Of a stretch of 64,000 nucleotides of DNA, positions 20,187 to 27,974 are shown in pieces. Below the pieces are notes generated by a model. It was not told where the DNA came from. It ran no database searches and was given only the letters and a program-made list of their open reading frames with translations. Source of the DNA: Longimicrobiales bacterium. Its GTDB lineage: Bacteria > Gemmatimonadota > Gemmatimonadetes > Longimicrobiales > Gaopeijiaceae. The stretch covers positions 1 through 64,000 of the forward strand of contig OY730414.1 of the NCBI GenBank assembly GCA_963422615.1, written 5' to 3'. Position 1 is the stretch's first letter; each line of letters starts with the position of its first letter. A program made the translations under genes and the position numbers.

Positions 20187-22868
20187 TCATCGCCCTCCGG
20201 ACTTCATGCGTCCGCTGCCTGCCCCGCCTCCGACCAGCGCATTGAACAACAGCTTGAAGGTCCCGTGGGTCTGGGCCCGGTGCTGCGCCCGGAAGCCGAT
20301 CATGACAATGACGCCTTCGCCGTGCACGACCGAGACCATCGCGGCCTTGTTTGCGATCGCCTCTTCGCCCAGGAGCCATCCGCTCTGAAGGATGTCCCGG
20401 TCAACGTACGTAACGACGCGATGCACGTCGGCACTCCGGGCCCCCGGAACGGTCTCGTAGACCTGTCCGCCCGCCACGTAGGCTGCCAGCGCGGCTCCGG
20501 GCATCCCGTAGGCAAAGGGACTCGACGTGTCCACTTCGACCTTGAGCGTCGAACCGGGAGCCCAGAACTCGTTCCCCCACATGCCCTCAACGGCGTTCCG
20601 CACGGGTACGTCGAACTCATCGATCACCAGCTGACCGGCTTGGGCGAAGGTCACCAGGGTGCCCCCGCTCTTCACGAAGGATTCCAGGGCCTCCGCCCCC
20701 GCGTCGCCGAAGCCGCTTCGGTATTCGGGCGGGGTGGCCGCCGGATCGGGACCGAAGCCCCTGCCGTCCGATCCCGAGGGGCCCAACATCATCTGCTTGG
20801 CGTCGGCCGGGAGGATGATCACGTCCCAGCGTTCGTGGAGGTCGCCGGCCAAAATGTCCCGGTCGAAGAGGCTCGTGTAGGCAAAGCCGAAGTCTTCTAG
20901 CAGCCAGCGGGTCCAGCCTTCGTCCATATTCCCGCCATAGTGCCGCTGATACATGCCGATTCGCTGGCGCTCCAGGGGGTGACTCCGCGCCATGGCGTCC
21001 CCTCCGGCCCCCAAAGCGGCGAAGTCCACGCCCGTCGCCTCGGCAACTCGCGCCGCCGCCTCCGGGGAGAAGCCCGGCTCGACAATAAAGTCGCCCTGTT
21101 TCGCATCCGCGCCGTCCGCCGTCACCCGGCGCAGGGAAGCGCCTTCTTCAAACAAAAGGTTCACGGCCTTGAAGGCATCGTTGAGGGTTCCGTCCATCAG
21201 AAACCCCCCATCTCCGGGGAGGGCAACCGTGCCCTGGGGCTCCACCGCTCCGGCTACGTCTTCCAGTCGGGCCCGGACCGGGGTGTTCGCCGGGTCCACG
21301 CGTACGCCCATGAACTCCGCGATCACGTCGGCCGACATGTCGTAGGGGCGGATGGGGTCGCCGTCTGCGGTGCGGGTGTAGCTGTTGTCGGGGTAGAAGG
21401 TGCGACCCAACAACCAGCGGATGACCCCGCGCTTGGGCTGGGCCGCCGACACCACGTAGGTCCCCTCCCCGTACACGCGGCCCTCGTGTGCAAATCGTTC
21501 GGGCGCACGCTCCACGGTGATGCCCTGCAGGAGCAGCTTGTTGACCATCTTCGCCATGGTCAGGGGGTCGTGCTGGACTGCGGGAATCACGTACGCCTTC
21601 ACTTCGTCTTCCATGCCCCGCCGGATCTGCCGACTTGCCTTGTTGTACGCGTTCCGAAGCACCGTCTCCCGGTTCTTGGCGGCAATCTCCAGGGGCGAAA
21701 AGGTCGCCACGATCTGCCGCTCCACGATGTCCCGCACGTGCCACCACCCCCCCGGCCACGGGTTCGGAAACGTCGTCTGGGCCTCGTACTCGGGAAGCTG
21801 GCGCGATCCGCGCAACTGGTCCGGGTGGACGTACAGTGGGGTCGCCAAGCGGGCGCTGGCCGATTCGGTGAGCATCCCGGCGATGTTGTGGAAGGGCGTG
21901 ATCCAGTGGAAGCCAAAGTGACCCCATCCCGAGTAGATCGCCGCGTTCACCGTCCCCTGGAACCCTGCCTCCTCCATCTTGTAGGCCATGTGGGCGCCGT
22001 ACCACGACATCTCGCGCCAAACCAGAGGGTCTCCTCCGGGGCGAATCGGCTCGGCGTAGGGCGGGAGATAGATGCGGGCCGTGTACGCGCCCATCTGGTG
22101 GTGGTCGATGTACGCCTGCGGGACCCATTCCCGGAACATGATCTCGGCCCCGTAGCGCGATTCGACGGTATTTTGCATAAACGCGTCGCGGTTGTTGTCG
22201 TGGCCGATGTAGTGATGATAGAGCTCCGGCAGACCGGCCCCCTCGTATTCGGTGCCCACCCAGCGGTCGTACCAATCCGTGACGATGCCGATCCCGTCGG
22301 GGTTGAACGCGGGGATCAGAATCGAAACGGTGTTGTCCAGGATATCCACCATTTCGGCGTCTTCACGGGTTGCAAACAGGTACGCGACCTCCGCAGCGGA
22401 CTGGCTTCCTGCCACCTCCGTCGAATGGAGGGCGTAGGACTGCACAAAGACGACCCTGCCCTCTGCAATCGCTGCGTCGATCTCCCCTTGTGCATGTCCT
22501 CGCGGATCTTGGAGCACCCCGTTCATACGTCTGAGTTGTTCCAGGCGGGCCAGGTTCTCCGACGACGACACGAAGATTGCCAGGAACGGGTTGCCCAGGG
22601 TGGAAGGCCCCATGTGCACGACGTGCACCCGGTCGCTGCGCTCTCCGATCAGTTCGTAGTACTCCACCAACTCGTCCCAAGGGGCGAGCTCCCGATCCGC
22701 GCCCATCGGGTGGCCGAAGAACGCTTCGGGGGACGGGATCTCCGCCGTTTCCTGCGCCAGGGTCCGGGCAGGAAGCGCGAGGAAAAACCCGGCCAGGAGA
22801 GCTCGGGAAAGCGCGGGCACGAGAAGGGCGGAGCGGGCGGTCAGGCGTAGGGATTCCATATGAGTCAC
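20187..22868 (-). CDS. M14 zinc carboxypeptidase family protein, secreted
   Basis: Signal peptide; HSTE, NPDG, HDNNRD, DHHQMG. Confidence 0.88.
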   Translation of the reverse strand: MTHMESLRLTARSALLVPALSRALLAGFFLALPARTLAQETAEIPSPEAFFGHPMGADRELAPWDELVEYYELIGERSDRVHVVHMGPSTLGNPFLAIFVSSSENLARLEQLRRMNGVLQDPRGHAQGEIDAAIAEGRVVFVQSYALHSTEVAGSQSAAEVAYLFATREDAEMVDILDNTVSILIPAFNPDGIGIVTDWYDRWVGTEYEGAGLPELYHHYIGHDNNRDAFMQNTVESRYGAEIMFREWVPQAYIDHHQMGAYTARIYLPPYAEPIRPGGDPLVWREMSWYGAHMAYKMEEAGFQGTVNAAIYSGWGHFGFHWITPFHNIAGMLTESASARLATPLYVHPDQLRGSRQLPEYEAQTTFPNPWPGGWWHVRDIVERQIVATFSPLEIAAKNRETVLRNAYNKASRQIRRGMEDEVKAYVIPAVQHDPLTMAKMVNKLLLQGITVERAPERFAHEGRVYGEGTYVVSAAQPKRGVIRWLLGRTFYPDNSYTRTADGDPIRPYDMSADVIAEFMGVRVDPANTPVRARLEDVAGAVEPQGTVALPGDGGFLMDGTLNDAFKAVNLLFEEGASLRRVTADGADAKQGDFIVEPGFSPEAAARVAEATGVDFAALGAGGDAMARSHPLERQRIGMYQRHYGGNMDEGWTRWLLEDFGFAYTSLFDRDILAGDLHERWDVIILPADAKQMMLGPSGSDGRGFGPDPAATPPEYRSGFGDAGAEALESFVKSGGTLVTFAQAGQLVIDEFDVPVRNAVEGMWGNEFWAPGSTLKVEVDTSSPFAYGMPGAALAAYVAGGQVYETVPGARSADVHRVVTYVDRDILQSGWLLGEEAIANKAAMVSVVHGEGVIVMIGFRAQHRAQTHGTFKLLFNALVGGGAGSGRMKSGGR

Positions 22869-22941
22869 TCAGGGGTATCCGGGGGGTACAGGGCCGCGGA
22901 CGCACGGCAGGGAGGGATAGCGTAAGGCGCCGTCGCTCCGT

Positions 22942-23787
22942 TTACAACACGGATTCGGCGGCTCCCCGCCCCACAGAAACCGCAGCCGGGTCGCTCACGA
23001 TGAACACCCGGAACCCCTGGCCGATCCGGTCCCCGATGTCCTCCGGGCCGGCCGTGATCCCGCACGGGACGTCATGGGCCTTGCACGCCTGCAGAACCGC
23101 CTGGATGGCGTCTTCCACGGCGGCCATGTCGCCCTCGTATGCTCGACGGAGGTCGCCGGGACCCGCGAAGATGACGCCAACCCCGGGCGTGGCCGCAATC
23201 TCGTCCAGCCGCTCGACCCCGGCCCGGTCCTCGACGATGAGCATGTTCAGCAGGGTGCCCTCGGGGTTGCCGGGCCACGACTCCGGGCCCATGGCGGCGA
23301 CGGCTGCAGCCGCGTCATCCGCCGATTCCACATGGGGGAAGACCACCCCAGCCACCCCTGCGGCCAGCGCCTGGGCGACGTTGGCCTCCGCCCGGGCAAC
23401 GCCGTCTCGGACCGGAGGCACCCGCAGGATGAGCGGATGCGGCGGTTCCGGGGCGGACCCTTCCCCAATCCCCGCCATGTAGTCGGCCATGGTCGGGATG
23501 TCGAAGGGACCCGATTCCAGGGAGTAGAACACGAAGGCCAGCTCCCGATTCCGGCCCATTTGGGCACCCTGTTCAGGGGTTTTGGGACCGGAGAACATGC
23601 CGAAGAGGATCTCCCCTCGGGTGAGCAACTGGACGAGGGGTGCCGGGTTCGAAGCGGGGGTTCCGGTGTCCGACGCATCTCCGGGGGCTTCTTCGGCGGA
23701 CTCTCCGGCGCCCGAGCAGCCGAGAAAAACGAACGTCGTGACAACAAGGCCGAAGCCGACCCTGAACCGGGGGAAATGGAAAACCAT
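22942..23787 (-). CDS. HpcH/HpaI aldolase/citrate lyase family protein with putative lipoprotein signal
   Basis: GVVFPHVESADDA, MLIVED..G...LDEIAATPGV..IFAGPGDL; FVFLGC lipobox-like. Confidence 0.75.
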   Translation of the reverse strand: MVFHFPRFRVGFGLVVTTFVFLGCSGAGESAEEAPGDASDTGTPASNPAPLVQLLTRGEILFGMFSGPKTPEQGAQMGRNRELAFVFYSLESGPFDIPTMADYMAGIGEGSAPEPPHPLILRVPPVRDGVARAEANVAQALAAGVAGVVFPHVESADDAAAAVAAMGPESWPGNPEGTLLNMLIVEDRAGVERLDEIAATPGVGVIFAGPGDLRRAYEGDMAAVEDAIQAVLQACKAHDVPCGITAGPEDIGDRIGQGFRVFIVSDPAAVSVGRGAAESVL

Positions 23788-24019
23788 GTGGCGAATCACC
23801 TTATCTGACTGAGGGATCGGAACCGGGCAGACCGGTCGGACTCCTTGTGGCTCAAGTCCGGAAATATGCGTATCTTCCCGCACTGCGTATCTTTTTCGCT
23901 GCCCTGCACAATAATATGGATTAGAGCGTCAAGAGAGATCCCGCAGACGCAGCACTCACTAGAAAACCCAGCACCAGACCCTTATCATCAGACCCTTTTT
24001 CTTCTAGGAGACCGAAATC

Positions 24020-24685
24020 ATGACCCGCTATCGATTTGTGATTACCGCTGCCCTGGCCACCATTCTCGGGGTCGGCTTCGCGCCCCCGGAGGCATCGGCC
24101 CAGAGCGCCGCCCACCGCCACATCGGCCACGTCGCGGACGGCTGGAACGACACGCCCGACAACATGGGGCTGCTGGCGGCCGCCCAAGCCGAAGCCGAAG
24201 TCGCGGCCCAGCACGCCGGTCTGGCGGCAGAGGCCGGGGATTTGGCGGGGATTCAGATGCATACGATGCATGTCGTCCACGCGATTGACCCGTCCATGGC
24301 CGAAAGAGGACCGGGGAAGGGCTACGGGCTCATCAAAGCCGCCGAAGGCGCAGCCGGCCACATCGGGATGGCCGGCGAAACCGACGACGCTTCGGACGCC
24401 GTCAAGGCTCACTCCAACCACGTGAAGACCAGCGCGGAGAACGTGGCCATGTGGGCCCGGGGCATCCTTGAGAAGGCCGAGCAGATTGCCGCGACCGACG
24501 ACATGGGGATGGCCGCCCAGGTCGCCCGAGAGATCGCCGGGATGACCCAGGCGATCCTGTCGGGAACGGACGCCGACGGGAACGGTCGGGTCTCGTGGGG
24601 CGAAGGAGAAGGCGGGCTGGAACAGGCGGCCACGCACCTGCGGTTGATGAAGGAGGCCGAAGGGCTCTCAGATGAGTCCCGCTGA
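24020..24685 (+). CDS. Secreted His/Ala-rich helical hypothetical protein
   Basis: AGGAG RBS; signal peptide ending ASA-Q; HRHIGHV motif; DADGNGRVS calcium-loop-like segment. Confidence 0.75.
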   Translation: MTRYRFVITAALATILGVGFAPPEASAQSAAHRHIGHVADGWNDTPDNMGLLAAAQAEAEVAAQHAGLAAEAGDLAGIQMHTMHVVHAIDPSMAERGPGKGYGLIKAAEGAAGHIGMAGETDDASDAVKAHSNHVKTSAENVAMWARGILEKAEQIAATDDMGMAAQVAREIAGMTQAILSGTDADGNGRVSWGEGEGGLEQAATHLRLMKEAEGLSDESR

Positions 24686-24765
24686 CTGAGTCCCGCTGAA
24701 CGGACAACCGAAACCCGGACGGGGCGGCGGCTCCGGCGTCGTCCCGCCCGGGGACCCCCGTAGCC

Positions 24766-27700
24766 ATGGCTGGCGACTTCTTTGCGCAACCGGTTCTCAA
24801 CTCTCCGTATGGGTATCCGTCTCGGCACTGGGAGCTCGATGACGACCGCCAGCCCACAAACCGCATTGTGGAACGGCGCCGGGAAGCCGCATTCATCACC
24901 CCCATCCCCGAGCCGAAAAAGCGAAAGAGGGGGCAGAAGGAGCTCGTCTTCGACAAAGCCGCACGCCAGATCGCGTCCGGGGGCCAGCAGTACGATCTGA
25001 CGGAGACCATCAACGGACTGCGGGGCGAGGTCGACAAGTGGCGGAAGCTGCCAAGCCGCCAGTGGCGGGTGACCCCCGAGACCGCCCGGCTGCTCCGGCA
25101 CTGGCGGCACCACAGGTTCCGGGATATTCGGCCCTTCTTCTGCCAGGTTGAGGCCGCCGAGACCGTCATCTGGCTGACCGAAGTCGCTGCGGGACTGGGC
25201 AAGAGAGGCCAAGTCTTCCTTGACCACTTGGAGGACGCGAACGCCCAAGCGAATCCGGGCCTTGCCCGGCTGGCGCTGAAGCTCGCCACCGGCGCCGGCA
25301 AGACCACTGTCATGGCCATGCTGATCGCATGGCAGACGGTCAACGCGGTGCGCCACCCCCAGAGCAATCGGTTTACGAAGGGGTTTCTGGTCGTGGCTCC
25401 GGGGATCACCATCCGCGACCGCCTGCGGGTTCTGCAACCGAACGATCCCGACGCCTACTACCGGGACCGGGAACTCGTTCCGGACGAAATGCTCCCCGAC
25501 TTGGGCAAGGCCAAGATCGTCATCACCAACTTCCACGCGCTCATGCTTCGGGACACCCGGCCCCTACCGAAGGGGAATCGGTCCCTCCTGCAAGGGCGGG
25601 GGCCGAGTGTCCAGACCCTGGAGACCAGCGGGCAGATGCTACGCAGAGTGATGCCCGAACTGATGGGCATGAAGAACATCCTGGTGTTCAACGACGAAGG
25701 GCACCACTGCTACCAGGAGAAACCGCCGGAGGCGGACGAGGAAGGCACCCTCAAGGGCGACGACCGCAAGGAGGCGACGAAGAACAAGGAAGCCGCACGG
25801 GTGTGGATCTCCGGGCTGAAGATGGTGCAGGAGCACCTCACCGTCCGGCGCGTGATCGACCTCTCCGCGACGCCCTTCTTCCTGCGCGGCTCCGGTTACG
25901 CCGAGGGCACCCTTTTCCCCTGGACGATGAACGACTTCTCGCTCATGGACGCAATCGAGAGCGGAATCGTCAAGCTGCCCCGCGTGCCAGTGGCCGACAA
26001 CGTGCCTGGCGAAGAGATGCCCAAGTTGCGCGACCTCTGGGAACACATCGGCAAGAAGATGCCGAAGAAGGGCCGCGGCAAAGGGAAACAGCTCGACCCG
26101 CTGAACATTCCCGTTAAGCTTCAGACCGCCCTGGAAGCCCTCTACGGCCACTACGAAAAGACCTTCCAGGCGTGGCAGCAGCTTGGGATCGATGTCCCGC
26201 CCGTCTTTATCGTGGTCTGCAACAACACGTCGACTTCAAAGCTGGTTCACGACTACATCTCCGGCTTCTTGCGCGAGAGTCCGGACGGCTCCAAGACGGT
26301 GGAGAACGGCCGACTTCCGCTCTTCCGAAACTTCACCGACGACGGTAGCCCGCTTGCCCGTCCCCGTACGCTACTCATCGACAGCGAGCAGCTTGAATCG
26401 GGGAAGGCCTTGGACAAGAGCTTCCGCACGGCAGCCGCAGACGAAATCGAACGGTTTCGCCAGGAGGTGATCCAGCGGACGGGTGACCGACGAAAAGCGG
26501 AGAAGCTTTCCGACCAAGACCTGTTGCGCGAGGTCATGAACACGGTAGGGAAGCCGGGACGGTTGGGAGGGGATACGCGCTGCGTCGTGTCGGTCTCGAT
26601 GCTTACGGAAGGGTGGGACGCCAACACCGTCACCCATGTCCTGGGCGTCCGCGCCTTCGGAACTCAGCTTCTGTGCGAACAGGTCGTTGGGCGGGCGCTT
26701 CGTAGGCAATCCTATGAACTCAACAAAGGCGGGCGCTTCGACGTTGAGTACGCCGATATCTTGGGTATTCCCTTCGACTTCACGGCAAAGCCGGTGGTCG
26801 TGGAACCGAAACCACCGCGCAAGACCGTACTCGTCAAGGCGGTCACTCCTGAGCGCGACGAATGCGAGATTCGATTTCCGAGGGTGCTGGGGTATCGAGT
26901 CGAGATGCCTCCGGAGCGCTTTTCCGCTCGCTTCACCGACGACTCGACGCTGGAACTCACGCCCGATCTCGTGGGCCCGTCGGTCACCCACAACCAAGGC
27001 ATTATTGGGGAGGGGGTGGACCTCAATCTGGATCACACCGACGCCGTGAGACGCCAGACGGTTCTCTATCAGCTGACCCAACGGCTCATCGAAACCAAGT
27101 GGTCCGATGCCAACGAGAACCCGAAGACCCACCTCTTCGGCCAGTTCAAGCGGATCGCCCGCCAGTGGATGGACGACCATCTCGTTTGCACCAAAGGCAC
27201 CTATCCGGCCCAGCTCATGTACCCGGAGATCGCGGACATGGCGTGCCAACGCATTACCCAGGGGATTGTCGCACACCACGTCGGCGACCGGCCGGTGAAG
27301 GCGATGCTTGACCCTTACAATCCCGTCGGCTCTACAATCCACGTCCATTTCAGGACGTCAAAGACCAATCTCCGGGAGACCGACCCACGGCTCTGCCATG
27401 TCAACCGGGCGGTCTGCGACAGCGATTGGGAAGCCGAGTTCTGCCGCGTTGCCGAGTCGCACCCCCGGGTGAGGGCCTACGTCAAGAACCACGGCCTGGG
27501 CCTGGAGGTGCCCTACCGGCTCGGGTCGGAAACGCATACGTACATCCCCGACTTCATCGTGCTGGTGGATGACGGTCGCGGAGACGACGACCTGCTCTAC
27601 TTGGTCGTGGAGATCAAGGGCTACCGCGGCGAAGACGCGAAGGTGAAGAAGTCCACGATGGACGCCTACTGGATTCCCGGCGTTAACCGGCTGGGGGCTT

Positions 27701-27810
27701 TCGGGCGCTGGGCCTTCGCCGAATTCACGGACGTGTACACCATGAAGGCGGACTTCGAAGTGGAAGTGGAGGCCGCGTCTATCAGAATTCGAAGCACAAA
27801 CACTTGTTGA
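24766..27810 (+). CDS. Type III-like restriction endonuclease Res subunit (BPTD_3080-like SF2 helicase + PD-(D/E)xK nuclease)
   Basis: LATGAGKT, DEGHH, SATP, EGWD, QVVGRALR, YIPDF...VEIKG. Confidence 0.92.
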   Translation: MAGDFFAQPVLNSPYGYPSRHWELDDDRQPTNRIVERRREAAFITPIPEPKKRKRGQKELVFDKAARQIASGGQQYDLTETINGLRGEVDKWRKLPSRQWRVTPETARLLRHWRHHRFRDIRPFFCQVEAAETVIWLTEVAAGLGKRGQVFLDHLEDANAQANPGLARLALKLATGAGKTTVMAMLIAWQTVNAVRHPQSNRFTKGFLVVAPGITIRDRLRVLQPNDPDAYYRDRELVPDEMLPDLGKAKIVITNFHALMLRDTRPLPKGNRSLLQGRGPSVQTLETSGQMLRRVMPELMGMKNILVFNDEGHHCYQEKPPEADEEGTLKGDDRKEATKNKEAARVWISGLKMVQEHLTVRRVIDLSATPFFLRGSGYAEGTLFPWTMNDFSLMDAIESGIVKLPRVPVADNVPGEEMPKLRDLWEHIGKKMPKKGRGKGKQLDPLNIPVKLQTALEALYGHYEKTFQAWQQLGIDVPPVFIVVCNNTSTSKLVHDYISGFLRESPDGSKTVENGRLPLFRNFTDDGSPLARPRTLLIDSEQLESGKALDKSFRTAAADEIERFRQEVIQRTGDRRKAEKLSDQDLLREVMNTVGKPGRLGGDTRCVVSVSMLTEGWDANTVTHVLGVRAFGTQLLCEQVVGRALRRQSYELNKGGRFDVEYADILGIPFDFTAKPVVVEPKPPRKTVLVKAVTPERDECEIRFPRVLGYRVEMPPERFSARFTDDSTLELTPDLVGPSVTHNQGIIGEGVDLNLDHTDAVRRQTVLYQLTQRLIETKWSDANENPKTHLFGQFKRIARQWMDDHLVCTKGTYPAQLMYPEIADMACQRITQGIVAHHVGDRPVKAMLDPYNPVGSTIHVHFRTSKTNLRETDPRLCHVNRAVCDSDWEAEFCRVAESHPRVRAYVKNHGLGLEVPYRLGSETHTYIPDFIVLVDDGRGDDDLLYLVVEIKGYRGEDAKVKKSTMDAYWIPGVNRLGAFGRWAFAEFTDVYTMKADFEVEVEAASIRIRSTNTC

Positions 27811-27842
27811 GGAAGGACACATGTCCTTGACCAGAGGCGGAA

Positions 27843-27966
27843 GGCCTGGACCCAGGTGCCTTCATCGCCGATCAACTCACCTATAACGCTACCCTGCGTA
27901 ACCTGAAACTCATTGGGGAGGCAGAAACACACCTCCCCAAACGAGGTGCGCCAAGCACACCCGGAT
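27843..27966 (+). pseudogene. Fragment of a DUF86/HepT-like HEPN gene
   Basis: Reads GLDPGAFIADQLTYNATLRNLKLIGEAETHLP-(frameshift)-NEVRQAHPD; no start and no catalytic C-terminus. Confidence 0.7.
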
Positions 27967-27974
27967 CCAACTAA

